DNA of 61,190 bases, filler included, from Ionaspis alba (Eukaryota): NCBI GenBank assembly GCA_964255285.1. It is 7 parts of 7 records of this genome, joined end to end, with 100 filler letters (N's around TTAATTAATTAA, not from the genome) between each part and the next. Parts side by side here need not be neighbours in the genome. Positions count along the whole stretch, not along the records: positions 26,298 to 34,951 come from CAXUUL010000718.1; positions 35,052 to 43,701 come from CAXUUL010000719.1; 5 more parts are not named here. The stretch is one strand, 5' to 3'. Made by a program: the position numbers and the translations under genes. Each line of letters starts with the position of its first letter. The first letter of the stretch is position 1. Below the pieces are notes generated by a model that was not told the origin of the DNA, searched no databases, and worked only from the letters and a program-made list of their open reading frames with translations. Positions 26,198-39,015 of this stretch are shown here, piece after piece.

Positions 26198-26297
26198 NNN
26201 NNNNNNNNNNNNNNNNNNNNNNNNNNNNNNNNNNNNNNNNNTTAATTAATTAANNNNNNNNNNNNNNNNNNNNNNNNNNNNNNNNNNNNNNNNNNNN
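26198..26297. other. Artificial contig linker
   Basis: N run with TTAATTAATTAA. Confidence 0.99.
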
Positions 26298-26901
26298 AAT
26301 CACATCCAATCACAATGAGGGTAATATGCGCCGATTGCCCTCCCGTTATTATTTGTTCATCACTTAAAACATAAATCACGCAACCCCTTCTCATCCACCA
26401 ACACCAAGAAAATAGAACCACACCCCAAGCGCGATCAACAGTCTCGATTGCCATAGGCAGCATTGTTGCCAATGTTCTTGGTATAATGTCGGTCGCCTGT
26501 CACGCCGCACTGGCTACTGGTACAGTCCTGTTATGTATGACGGCGTGCGTAAGGCGGCTTGTCTCCAATCTTTTGGACCGCAGAGCCAAGGGCTCGGCAG
26601 ACTTGGCTCTGCTTGTTTCCTTCCTCTCTTTGCCTACGATGCTGCCGGCTCTGTCTTGGAAGCTCTTCTCTGTCCAGCAAAAGCAGAGCAGAGCAAGTCG
26701 CAGAGGAGGGATCGCTGCCGGGCCCCATCCATACCCCATACTCAGGGATTTTCTGCTTTCCATCTCCTTGTGCCAGCATGATTATTTTCCCTTCTCTCGT
26801 ACATGACTCAAGGTCATGTCTGCTACCTTTTCCATTCATCCTCTCCTTCAGTCTCATTGCTGCTGTTGTTGCGATCATTGTGCGAAGCCGTTGACCTCGC
26901 C

Positions 26902-27916
26902 ATGAGCTCTGTTACACAGGTCCCGCACTACGCTGCAGGAAGATCGCCCGGTCCAGAACCTGCACCGTTTGGATCGCCAACGTTAGGACAAGCGCATGCG
27001 CCAGTGTCCAAACCTCCTGCGATCACCATTCCACCCTCGTTCCAGAACCAGAAAACGGTATTTGCTCCTCAAGCGCCAGAAAGTCAAGATTCAGGAAGAG
27101 CAAGTCCGATATCGACCGAGAAGGGATCTTACCAATCCACTTCTTCCAAGCGTGCGGCCTCTCCAAAAGATATAAATGCGATACATTATCTGGATAGAAG
27201 GAAAGGCAACTGGAGACCACCTCTTCCAGAGACGGATACAATCAGCAGCCACAGTGTGGTATATCCAAGGAGTCCTCTGTCGGCATCGGACCCAGAAAAA
27301 CAATGCACTCCCCGTCGAACCAACCAGTCTGATATTGAGCACCTGGTCTCATCCGCAAATCCCTACTCGACAGTGACCTTCATGCGAGATGAGGCACCCG
27401 ACGAAGCAGCCATCCTCAAGCAGCATGTTACCAAGATACTGGCAAGCCATTCCATGTATAATTCCCATGTCCAGACTTTGCTAACCGGCACCCGTCTCTT
27501 AGATCCACCTCTCCATCCTCTCGCCCCTCCTCACCCTTCTATCCAGCATCTACGCCCTCGTCACAACCGTCTTCCTCATCCTCCTAATACCCCTTTGCTA
27601 CTGTACCTCCCACCAACCTCTCAAGTACCATCTATCTACCTTCCTCACACCACCCCTCCGCTACCAGCTCCGCCTCATCCACTCCTCCTACACTCCTTCG
27701 GAGCACCTTCACGTTTTACCGCTCTTGCTGGTCAGCATCCTGTCACCTATCTACGCTTTCAGCATCGCAGTTGCGGCATGGGTTGCTGCTTTCTTCTGGT
27801 TTTATGCGGCTATATTGGGAGATCCGGATGGGAGTCGGGATGATGATGGGAAGGCGGCGGTGTTGGGGGTTAGGCGGTGGTGGGAAAGGTGGCTGATTTG
27901 GGGACTTGGGAGTTAG
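26902..27916 (+). CDS. Hypothetical membrane protein (disordered N-terminus, hydrophobic C-terminal segments), GC-AG intron 27442-27502
   Basis: Splicing GCAAGC...CTAAC...TTAG joins KIL to IHLSILSPLLTLLSSIYALVTTVFLILLIP and puts it in frame with ...AWVAAFFWFYAAILGDPDG...VLGVRRWWERWL. Confidence 0.72.
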
Positions 27917-29038
27917 GAAATGCGGTATGTGATATGGATACTTGAGAAGTTTACGGCTGCATTTGCTGGTGCTGGTGTCTAGGCTGGTGGTTCGGTCGAG
28001 CTTTGGGAATCTGGGCATAGATACGGAGTAGAGGAAGCGGTTGTTGCTCTTTAGAGCGACGGGTATCATGACTATTTATTGGTATGTTACCATGCTTTGA
28101 GCATTTATTGTCAGATCATTTATTTTGTCGCGTTATGTGAGATCGAAGATTCAGGTGTCTGTTGCATGGTTCCAAGGGTCAGGTACGAAAGACCTTATCC
28201 GCTCTCACATATCTGCATTACTGTTGGGTGCGCTCAAGCTTGATGACTAAGAAATGTTTATGTATTTCAACGAAACAGCTGCTTATTGTTCTTGATTGCT
28301 GTGTTGAGACTTGGAAGGATGCAAAACACGTCTGGGTACGCAAAAGTTCCAGCTACTGGACAAAGGGACAAAGATAGAAGTTGAAGCTGCTGCAGTCCGC
28401 GTGGAAGACTTAGAGGAACTCCTACACATAACCAGCTGCTGTCTCGGGACTGCAAAAATCTTTCCAGGTGTCGGAACTGAGTTTCTAGACTCCGGTAGAG
28501 CAGGGCTGATATAGCTGATCTTGGCAACCGATATCAAAATCTGGAATCATGTTTCAAACGACGCCAGACACTCGGTTCCACATTGACTTTCATTGTAATT
28601 CATCAATGGTGCTACACTTAGCCAGGATTTGAGTTGCCACAATCAAGGGTGTGAGTGAAGAACAACATAGTGTTCCAATGGCACGCGGCTGACTGCATAG
28701 AGTGAAGTCGGTCTACAAACGACGAATGAAAGACTAGTCTATGTCCACTAACACCTCCACTGATTCAAGTTACACAAATGTGTTTGCAGCCCCGCCGACA
28801 GCTCGAACCTTCCCGAGTTGACTTCAACAGGGTCTTGAATTTCCATGAAGTCGCTTCAACACTCTGTCTCTCTGGCATGAGTTAACGTTAGCCTTGCTGT
28901 AAGCTCCCTCCAATATAGAAGCAGTCTGTCACCTTCTCGCATTTGACATTGACCTTCCATAATTCCTATAGCTTTATCTCCAGTCTTGTCGACGGTCCTC
29001 AGCCTCGTGCCACCAGGCCTTACCTTTCTTGTTTTGAT

Positions 29039-32000
29039 ATGGCTAGAGTTCAAACGTACGTACAATCTATTTGATAAGGAGGAAGTCTAATCAAAATCAT
29101 CAACTAGTAAGCCTTGCTTCGACTATATCAAATCCGGGAAATGCAAGTATGGCGAAAGATGCAAATATAGCCACGAGCCCAGTCCGACGTCCAACGCACA
29201 GAATCAGGAACCATGCCCTTACTTGGGGACACCGAATGGCTGTTTCAGAGGGAAGCAGTGCAAGTTCTCGCACGAGACTACTGCGGTCGAGAACGGCTCT
29301 AGTACACGATCACAGCAGGCTAATGCCAGGTCACGACCACGAACCGAGCTTGAGACAAGTTTGCGAGAGTGGACATTCCTAATACCGAAGCAGAATCCAC
29401 GTTTCCACGTTCTGGAGATCGAAAAATTCTTCAAGGCAGGCTGGGATCTAATCAAAAAAGAAAATGCAGAGATCGGGCAGCAGATTATCAAGAAGCTCGC
29501 GACTGAAGAAGGACTGGGTATGATCAAGGCTCTCACAGATGACACGATTGATAGTGTCGACACGGAAACGAGGCTCCGTATCTTCGAGGATGGAGTGCTT
29601 CCGCTTTTTCGTACCATTTCTCATCCAGACATCCTGTCATCTCTGATTTTGGAAACACCACTGGATACCATTTGCGGGTATCTTTTTGGCCCCAATGGTC
29701 GTCGCGCTATCAAATTGTTCAACGCTACGGCTTCTGCTCTTGTCGCCCTTGCATGGCATGAGACAACCATCGATGAAGACCTCATTTCCGTTGCAGTGGC
29801 ATCGAGCCTGGCAGTGTTGGAGCGAATTGTAGAGCTGAACCAAAGTGCCCAGATCATCACCGAATTCACATCCATCGTGAACGACATCTCGACCGCCATC
29901 CCCGAACACTTATTGCACGCCGGCAATCGGAGCTTAGCCCGAATTCGAAAGCGTCTCGGTCTTGGAGCAGCAATGCAATTTCCCGAAGACCGTCCAGTTG
30001 TGGAACAAACTCATCGACCAGTCTTCGAAATAGGACAAGACCTTCCTGGAAAATTATCCGAATTAGGTCAGCGACACGACAACGATCACGCCGATATCTT
30101 TGATATCAAGATCCTGCCAACCACAGAAGAAATTCAGTCCCAGCGATTAGAGTATCTACCTTCTAACGATCCCACAAGACATCATCTTCCAGGTCTCCCA
30201 GGTCTACTGGATCGACAATTTAGACTTCTTCGCGAAGATACAGTCGGTCAATTAAGAGATGCGGTTCAGGTAGAGCTTGACCGACTGAATAAGCCTCAGA
30301 AGGTCCAACCGCCACAACAGCGACTGAATAACGGCATCCGGCATATCATATACCACAACGTTACACTCCTACGACTCGATTTCGATCGAAGGAAAGGCCT
30401 CCAGGTTGTGGCTGAGTTTGACCAGCCGCCTGCATTGGCAAAGAAGGCAGCTAAGGAGCGAGAAGAGTGGTGGGCAAACACCAAACAACTACAGATCGAT
30501 GCCTTTGTATGTCTTGTCTGCTCCACGGGTCGTGCTATCTTCTTCTCCGTTGGGGATTCTGCTCCGACACCTCCACAAAAGAGAAGAAACGACGAGGATG
30601 AATTCGTGGTTCAGACAGCCAGATATCAGAAAGCCTTCAACGAACGACCCACACTTTTCAAAAATGCGGAACGAGCCACTTTGATGCTCAGCATAGTGGA
30701 AGAAAACTCGGAGGATATCACTTGGATCAACAGTAACCTTGGCAGATCCCACAAGCAACGACAATCACTCGTCGAATTTCCGGGTATCCTGCTGCCGTCC
30801 TTCCGGCCAACACTACAAGCACTGCAAAAAATGAGTCGTTCACTCGACCTTCCATTCTCCCAACTCATCGCCCCCAACGTACAGTATGCAGAAGATGTTG
30901 ATGTACCCGCACCCGCTTACGCTCGCAAGCCTGGATTTGCCTTCAAGCTGGACACCTTAGCTGAAGGGGAAAGGCTGCGACTTACACCTGGACAGCACTT
31001 CGACTATCCGCTATTACGTCAGAGATCCACACTCGACGATGCGCAGCAGCTTTCTACTGTACATGCTCTGAGTAATTGCCTTGCCATATGCCAGGGGCCT
31101 CCTGGCACCGGGAAAAGCTATACTGGGGTTGCTATCATCAAGGCATTATTGAACAACCGTGTTACGGCTAAGCTTGGGCCAATAATCTGTGTATGCTACA
31201 CAAATCATGCGCTTGACCAGCTCTTGGAACATCTGGTCAAGGACGGCGTAAAGCAGCTCATCCGTTTGGGCTCTAGATCGAAGTCTGACCTCCTTGAGAC
31301 CTTGACTCTTCATCATGTGTCCAAGGGAGTCTCTCCAACAAAGAGTGAAGGCCACGAGAAATATCAGCTTTATGCCGGACTAGATGTTGTACTGCATGAG
31401 ATCGAGGAACTCATGTCAGGTCTACGGGATCCCAGTCACTGGAGCAGTATTAGGGACTTTCTGGAAAAGAACTATCATCTGTACTTCCACCAACTCTTTC
31501 GACAAGAAGTTGACGCGGATGGATTCCGCGAGGTACGCGGCAAGAAGTTCAATGTTCTGAACAGTTGGCTCAAAGGAGCACCCAAGCGGATTACCTCGAC
31601 TCGCCCACCTTCGGACCTTCTCTGCACCAATTTGCAGGAGATGTCAAGCCAAGAGAGGTCGGCTCTGTACAAGAATTGGGTTAGGGAGAACACCGCGGAA
31701 CTCAACGACCGTTTTCTACATGTTATCGACTCTTACCGCAGTATCACAGGTGCTTTGAATAAGTGCCACCAGGAGCTAAATCTGCGTTGCCTGCTCGGTG
31801 CGCATGTCATTGGTGTTACGACCACAGGCCTAGCAAGGAATCTAGATATTCTCAGCCGAGTGCGAGCAAAGGCCGTGGTGTTCGAAGAGGCAGGCGAGGT
31901 ATTGGAAGCACACACCCTGACCGCACTCTTGCCATCAGTTGAGCATGCCATTCTCATTGGTGATCACGAGCAGCTAAGGCCTCAAATCAACAACTACGAG

Positions 32001-34951
32001 TTTCAGCATGACAATCCTCGTGGTGCAAAATTCTCGTTAGATGTTTCACTTTTCGAGCGGCTTGTCCACCCTCAGGCTGGACATCTAAAGCTTCCATATA
32101 GTTCGCTAGAGGTTCAACGCCGGATGCATCCATCTATCGCAGAACTGGTTCGATCCACACTCTATCCTAAGTTGCAAGATCATCCATCTGTATTTGGGTA
32201 TCCAGAGGTTGATGGAATGCGAAAGCGCCTATTTTGGCTTGATCACAATGAACAGGAGGATGCTTCGTCTACCAATCCGACGCAGTCATTCTCAAAGACC
32301 AATGCCTGGGAAGTAGAAATGACGGCAGCTCTAGTCTTTCACCTCCTTCGCCAAGGCTCTTACGGGAAGGAGGACATCGCAGTCTTGACTCCTTACCTAG
32401 GTCAGCTGCAGAAACTCAGACAGCGCCTACGATCTTCTTTTACAATTGTTGTTGGGGACCGAGATCAAGAAGAGATGGAGAACAAGGGAATCGAGGGAGA
32501 CAGCGCGGAAGACACAGCTGCGAACAAGGCTAACGTTCAGAAGTCTACGTTGCTGCAGGCTTTGAGGATCGCTACCGTAGACAACTTCCAGGGTGAAGAA
32601 GCGAAGGTCATCATCATCTCGCTAGTTCGAAACAACGACGAGAGGAAATGCGGATTTTTGAAAACATCCAACCGCATCAACGTCTTGCTGAGTCGCGCTC
32701 GTCATGGCATGTACATCATCGGCAACACCCATACTGCACGTCCTGTACCTATGTGGGATAAGGTTATCACAATCCTTGAGAAGGATGGCAACCTAGGACA
32801 AGCCTTGGAGCTATGCTGCCCTCGCCACAAAGAGACACCCATTCAAGTATCAACGCCTGACGACTTCTCCATCTTTTCGCCAGAGGGTGGCTGCAACAGA
32901 AAGTGCGCCTCAAGACTTAGTTGCGGACATGCATGTATCAACAAATGCCATTCTGAGCCGCTACACAACTCCGTTCGATGCCTGGAGCGCTGCCAAAGGC
33001 CCAAGAAAGGATGTGACCACCCCTGTCAGAAGGTTTGCGGAGACCCTTGCGATTTGAAGTGTCAAACCAAAGTACCTAATATCGCCCTCGCGTGTGGGCA
33101 TGTTCAAGCGTGGTTGTGGTGCTACAAGGCACAGGCTCCAGAGACCGTTCGCTGCGATGTTCAGGTCCATGCTGTTATGCCAGGCTGCAAGCACACTGTG
33201 AAAGTTCGCTGTAACGAACTTCCACTTCCACCAGATTATCCATGCAAGGCTATATGTGGTGCCTTCCTCGAGTGTGGTCATGACTGCAAACAACCTTGCA
33301 AAGATTGCAATATAAAAAATAAAGAGGGCGAGATCACGATTATTCGTCATGGTATCTGTAAGACTCTGTGTGATCGACCGTTCACCACCTGCAGTCATGC
33401 GTGCTCAGAGCCATGCCATGGGGAAAAGCCATGTGGACCTTGCTTGAAGCAGTGTGAAGTTCGTTGCAGTCACTCGCGGTGCGGCAAGAAGTGTCATGAG
33501 CCCTGTGTTCCTTGCGTGGAGAACTGCTCTTGGTCCTGTCCACACCGTGGTACGTGCCAATTGCCGTGCGCGGTGCCCTGTGATCTACTCCCATGTTCTA
33601 GACGCTGTTCTTTGACGCTGAGCTGTGGTCATCAATGTCCTTCTGTTTGTGGGGAGATATGTCCGGAACCCCAATATTGTCAGGAATGTGCAGACAGGTC
33701 GGTCAAAGATATGATGGTTGATTATATCATGGCATCCACCTACGCTGAGATTGATCTCAACGAAAATCCCTGCATTATACCATCCTGTGGTCATATCCTC
33801 ACCTTGGAAAGTATGGACGGCCAAATGAACCTGGCAGAATACTACACATTCTCTGATGACCCGAACGCTGAAGATTCGATCATGGGGTTGAAGTCAAGCT
33901 CAGTACCCTTCGATACCTTGGAGCTGAAAAATTGTCCTATGTGCCGCCGTCCGCTTCGCAACATCAACAGATATGGCCGCATGATTCGACGAGCATGGAT
34001 TGACGAGGCAACCAAGAAGTTTATTGTATGGGCAAACTCCAATTTTGTTCCTCTGGCTACCAAAATGGAGCAGATAGAAGCCAAACTTCAAGAGCCCGTC
34101 GCTAAAGAACAAACCTCCACATCTTCACGTTTTGGACAATTACAGCTAGCTTCGGTACTCAAAAATCTTTCTCTCGAACCCCTCCGGTTGACCGGGACTC
34201 GTGATCAGCAGATAGCTGTCATCCTGAAGACCTTCAAACCGGAATCCAGGTACAAAGATATCTCCTTGCACCGCAACGCCATCCGCAGATTTCTCAAAGC
34301 AGTCGACGAAGGAGAACAACCCATCAGCCGAATCCACGACCTGGTCGCCGATGCCCGCAAACATCGCGGTGTCCAAGCCTCATGCAGTATGGACCTCCCG
34401 TCCGTCCTCCAAGTCCGCAACCGGCTCCTAGCAACAATCCTTCTCCTCCGCTGCGACTACGCCATCCTCCACGACTTCATTACCCAGAGCACGAGCAAGG
34501 CCTCAGCCAACCCCAACCTCGACCTCCGTCTCAATCTCGTTCTCAATCGCAAAGACTGCGAAATCCTCATCCGGGACTCACGTACCCAATCCCAACGGGC
34601 TCAGGAAGTGGAAGGCCTCCTCTACTGGGCTCGCTTCGCAGCCCTAGAACGAGACCGCTCCATCACCATTTCCGATACAGAGATGGTAGACCTCATCGAC
34701 TCTGCCCGCGCCAACCTCGCTCTGGCCCGCACCATCTGCTCTGCCTGCCCTGGCCAAACAAAGGGCATGCTGGACGAAGTGACCGAGGCGGAGAAAATGC
34801 TCCGCGATTCAACGTTCTATGCGCCCGTCACTAATGCCGAGAAGGCAGCCGTGTATGCGGCTATGGCGCAGAGCTTTCAGGGGACTGGACATTGGTATTA
34901 TTGCCAGAATGGTCATCCTTTTACTATCGGCGAGTGTGGGGCGCCGATGGA
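29039..34951 (+). CDS. ZNFX1-like (NFX1-type zinc finger) UPF1-like SF1 RNA helicase with N-terminal CCCH fingers and a C-terminal RZ-type finger; 3' end truncated
   Basis: Short exon MARVQT and intron 29056-29107. Two CCCH motifs; RHDNDHADIFDIKILPT; Walker A QGPPGTGKSY; CYTNHALDQ; EEAGEVLE; LIGDHEQLRP; TVDNFQGEE; RINVLLSRARHG; Cys-rich NF-X1 repeats; GHWYYCQNGHPFTIGECGAPM. Confidence 0.92.
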
Positions 34952-35051
34952 NNNNNNNNNNNNNNNNNNNNNNNNNNNNNNNNNNNNNNNNNNNNTTAAT
35001 TAATTAANNNNNNNNNNNNNNNNNNNNNNNNNNNNNNNNNNNNNNNNNNNN
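34952..35051. other. Artificial contig linker
   Basis: N run with TTAATTAATTAA. Confidence 0.99.
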
Positions 35052-36116
35052 CCTTCCCACCCTCCCTTTCCGCTCAGCAGAGCTTTGAATAGTCCAACTA
35101 CCACATCGGTATGCTCTTCAAGGTAATAGATCACAGCATTTGGCCCGGCGTCAAACGTATAAGCCGCAATCACCTTCCCAGCCTTTGCATTGATATCCTC
35201 CACTGCCCTCACAGCCGCACGACTGACATCGTTGAGATAGAAAATGGGCGGCTCAGTGTCTAAACAAGTGGCATGGAATGAATTACTCTCTCTCATCGTG
35301 ATACGCCCGAAGCTTTCAAAATCTTTCTCCAAAATCGCTTTCTCCATTCCGGCCATGGCCTTCGGCACAACCGTGTTGGTCCTTGTCTGGAACAGATCGG
35401 AGGTCTTCACTGTTGCTTGCATCCCCGTCGTGCTGCTTATCCCCTTCTTATCCGCACTGACGACGAGAATCAGCGCCCTCATCTCAGGCCAGTGCTCTTG
35501 TGGCGCAACAACACGCGCCATACTGTCAGTGCCGTCGGAACGGACACCTTTATCCCATGCCACGTAGCCGCCTAGCAAGCTCCGACATGCTGATCCTGAC
35601 CCCTGACGGGCAATCAAGGAGAGCTCGGTGGGCGATTGCCGCAGCTGGTAGAGATCAGCGATGGCGCGGACCAGGGCAGCAAACCCGGCGGCAGAGGAAG
35701 CGAGACCGGCGGCTGTGGGGAAGTTGTTGACGGATACAAGGCGGAGTGTATAGGTAGATAATTTAGGGAGGGAGGGATCAGCATCTTCGAGTGAGGCGCG
35801 GAGAGAGCGTAGAGCCTTAAGGCAGGCTTGGGGGCGGGCCGAGGAGATCTCTTGAGGGGCGGAATTGAGAATGAGAGTGTCGGGAGCGGAGAAGCTGGCG
35901 GAGCAGGAGGCGGTTGTGTGGGTGCGGAGGTCGGACTGAGCGAGAGTGACAGAGAGGGAGGAATTGGTGGGCAGGTTGAGGGCGGGATCTCGCTTACCCC
36001 AGTATCTGGATCACAATTAGTGGGGAGGAAGGACCAGACAAAGAACAGCCTCACTTGATCACGGCAATGTTCACTGGAGCTGTCGTACTGGCACGATAGA
36101 CCTTTTTGTCCGCCAT
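35052..36116 (-). CDS. MVD1: Diphosphomevalonate decarboxylase, 3' end truncated
   Basis: MADKKVYRASTTAPVNIAVIK|YWGKRD, NNFPTAAGLASSAAGFAAL, ARQGSGSACRSLLGG, SNSFHATCLDTEPPIFY and AYTFDAGPNAV. Confidence 0.97.
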
Positions 36117-36305
36117 CGTGAGGACTGTGGTTAGGGTTACATTTCTTAGACTGGATGGACAGTTGTACTTATATGAGTGGACTTTTGGTGGGATAAGCAT
36201 TTAGTGCCAGAGCCTTCCTGCCTGGACCCTGCCAAGACTTCCCTGCGGCGTCATCACGCCTTTTATTATCTTCTGCACGTGCGTTCGTCTTGAAGCTCTA
36301 CAGAG

Positions 36306-37076
36306 ATGGCTAATGCCAAAGACGAGCCTCCACTCTCCGCTTGCCCTATCGACCCGGCAGCGCGAGAAGCATGGCTCGAGAAAGCCAAGCATGCCCGCGA
36401 GTCCACGAATGCATCTGCCACCCCCAATCCAACGTCCTCAACTCCAATACCCATACCGCAACACCCACGCATCACGAAACACCGACCTCTTGCCTCCGAC
36501 CGCGAAGTTAGCACGATTCCCCGCGCGGATCCCACCATATCCACGACAACGCCCAATCCTTTCTCCTTGAAACCCGCGAATAATGAGCAAGAAACAGGCT
36601 CGGACATCAAATCCGGCAACTGGATCTACCCGTCGGAGAAAATGTTCTTCGACGCCATGAAGCGCAAGAATTACACGCCACAAGCTACCGACATGTCTAG
36701 TATTGTGCCTATCCACAACGCCGTGAACGAGAAGGCGTGGGCGGAAATCAAGGATTGGGAGTCCCGCTTTGCCTGGTCGAGGGAGGCGAACAAGCGCTGT
36801 GGCGGCCCACGGTTGCATAGCTTTGCAGGAGATAGCAAGAAGTTGAGTCCGAGGGCGAGGTGGAATGCACTACTGGGATATACGGAGCCTTTCGATCGGC
36901 ATGACTGGGTAGTGGAAAGATGTGCGGGCAAAGAGAGGGTGGAGTACGTGATTGATTTCTACGCTGGGAAGGAGGAGGGAAGGGGGCAGTGTCTAAACTT
37001 TTATCTGGATGTCAGACCGAAGTTGAATACTTGGGAGGGGTGGAAGATGAGGGCTGCAAGATTGGCTGGATGGTGA
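36306..37076 (+). CDS. CYT2: Holocytochrome c/c1 synthase (heme lyase), most like the cytochrome c1 lyase Cyt2
   Basis: Heme-regulatory CP motif (ACPID), REVSTIPRA, WIYPSEKMFFDAMKRK, IHNAVNEKAW, PFDRHDWVVERC, YVIDFY and LDVRP. Confidence 0.85.
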   Translation: MANAKDEPPLSACPIDPAAREAWLEKAKHARESTNASATPNPTSSTPIPIPQHPRITKHRPLASDREVSTIPRADPTISTTTPNPFSLKPANNEQETGSDIKSGNWIYPSEKMFFDAMKRKNYTPQATDMSSIVPIHNAVNEKAWAEIKDWESRFAWSREANKRCGGPRLHSFAGDSKKLSPRARWNALLGYTEPFDRHDWVVERCAGKERVEYVIDFYAGKEEGRGQCLNFYLDVRPKLNTWEGWKMRAARLAGW

Positions 37077-37803
37077 AGATAAAGATAGTGACCTCAGTGG
37101 CATCTAGTGATGCAGCGCATTCCACAGCGCGATAATGAAAATCTATATAATGTACAGTAGTACCGCCTCCAGCTGTCATAGTCTGGACGGCTCGGTCTAA
37201 CATACCTCCCTTCCCAGCCGACATTCCAAGACACCGTATGCGCCTCTCACGATACTGTTGTACAAAGCCGAGTCTCCAGGACAGGCTTACTCTTCATTCC
37301 TCGGGACAGTAGATCTCTCTGCTCTTTCGACCTCGCAGTTTTTGCATCAGTCAGTGACCCAGGTGGTCCATGTCTCCTGGCACTTATTGGTGCACTCGAT
37401 GCCCTCGCGTATTGCCTTTGGGCAAGACGGCCACAGTGCATACATGAGGCAGTGGCATTTGCGAGCGCGATAGGAGATAACTCGAGACATGGTGCTGATC
37501 TGGTGAAGGTTTCCTAGGTTGTGGTGCTGCTTTGCTGGGAGGTCTGGTGAGTGGATCTGGATCTGGATGCTGGGGATGGGCGATGATGATGATGACGATG
37601 AGGAGGAGGATGGGGAGGAAGGTTGGATAGTATAGCCATACTTATGGAGTAGCAGAGATAGGGAGGATAACAATGGACATTGTTCAAGGACGAAAGTAGC
37701 AGACAACGCGCATTTTTATATTGTCCTTGGAGAAAACCGATGATCTTTCATCCCGAAACAGCTGCAAAAACGATGTATTGTCCTTGGAAAAGACAAGGCT
37801 CTT

Positions 37804-38688
37804 TTATCCCAAGACTGCTGCAAGAATGATGATCGTGAGCACGATCGCCAAGACCATCAGAAGACAACAGGCTTTCCCTCTCGCCTGCTTCTGATATCGA
37901 TTCGCAGATCGCAATTCGAGATCGGCTTGTCGGGTATCTGTGGCTGTGTTTTGGACATTTACTTCGATCGTATCCAGCATTCCTCCCTGCTCGTGAACAA
38001 TATGCGCGACGTCTCTGAACAGCTCGTTCAATTCCCCAACACTTTGTTCAATATTGCGGATTTCAGATTCCCGTTCCACGATCAGCGATTCCTGGAAGTC
38101 CACCTCATCTTGGGATGCTAATCGTAACTGGTCTTGTTCCTGTTGCTGTGATTGTCGCTGCGGATCGTCAGAGTATCGTGGTATGCTGGAGGTATCTCCG
38201 GACTCTAGAGCGGACCGCGTAGCAGAGGCTGAGGCTCTTTGTTTTTCTAGAGCAAGGCGCTGTATCGACTGGAATTCTGTACCTGAAGCCTGAAATTCGC
38301 GGGAAAGCTTCTGTTGAGTATATTTCTGCGAAGCCTATTGTTCAACGGAATCAGCAGCTGCCATCTGAGGTTATGCTCGAAGTGACCTTACACTAACGTC
38401 CTCCCAAGCTGTCAGCTTCTTGATCCCCTCGCCCACGTCTTTGAAACCATCTCTAGCTTCCTCAAGTAGATCATGCACTCTCTCTCGTACACGTTCCGTG
38501 TCTCGCTTCGTTCCGAGCAGACTGATTTGCTGCGAGAGACGGGAGATGTTGGATGTCAAAGAGAACAGTTTCACAGATATATCCTCGGCGAAGCGACTGA
38601 ACTCTGGGTCGTCTCGATACTCGGGATCGTCACTTCGCCGCATGGTCGTAGGCTGCGACTCCATCGATGAGAGTTGATCGAAAGACAT
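37804..38688 (-). CDS. PEP12: Endosomal/vacuolar syntaxin (Qa-SNARE, Pep12/Vam3-like), one intron about 38390-38334
   Basis: Habc-like N-terminus, SNARE motif ERESEIRNIEQSVGELNELFRDVAHIVHEQG and a C-terminal transmembrane anchor. Confidence 0.88.
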
Positions 38689-39015
38689 GCTAACAGTTGC
38701 GCTCTCTGGGAGCTCAAAGATGAAGGATGGTAGCGTATAGAATGGGTTCTGATAATCTCGGTTTTAGGCTGTTCTGCGCATGGTAAATGAGTGGAGTTCA
38801 AGAAAGACAAAGGTTAGTTGCTGTGCCTGACTGCCTTGAGGACAGGACGCCGGCCAAGCCGCTTATGTAAGCAAGAATCCCTGCTCTTGTTGATTTTCGA
38901 AGTCACGGTTCACGTTTAAATGCCGGGCGTTGCTGGCAATCACTCGAATCTTCATGCCTCGACACTGAACATTGACTTTGGAGATGTGCTTATGGTACCT
39001 GTCTGAGCTCTAGAG

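Noticed and set aside
35052..37076. MVD1 and the heme lyase as a functional cluster (189-bp divergent gap)
   Set aside because: Both are housekeeping genes, and compact divergent pairs are common in this window.
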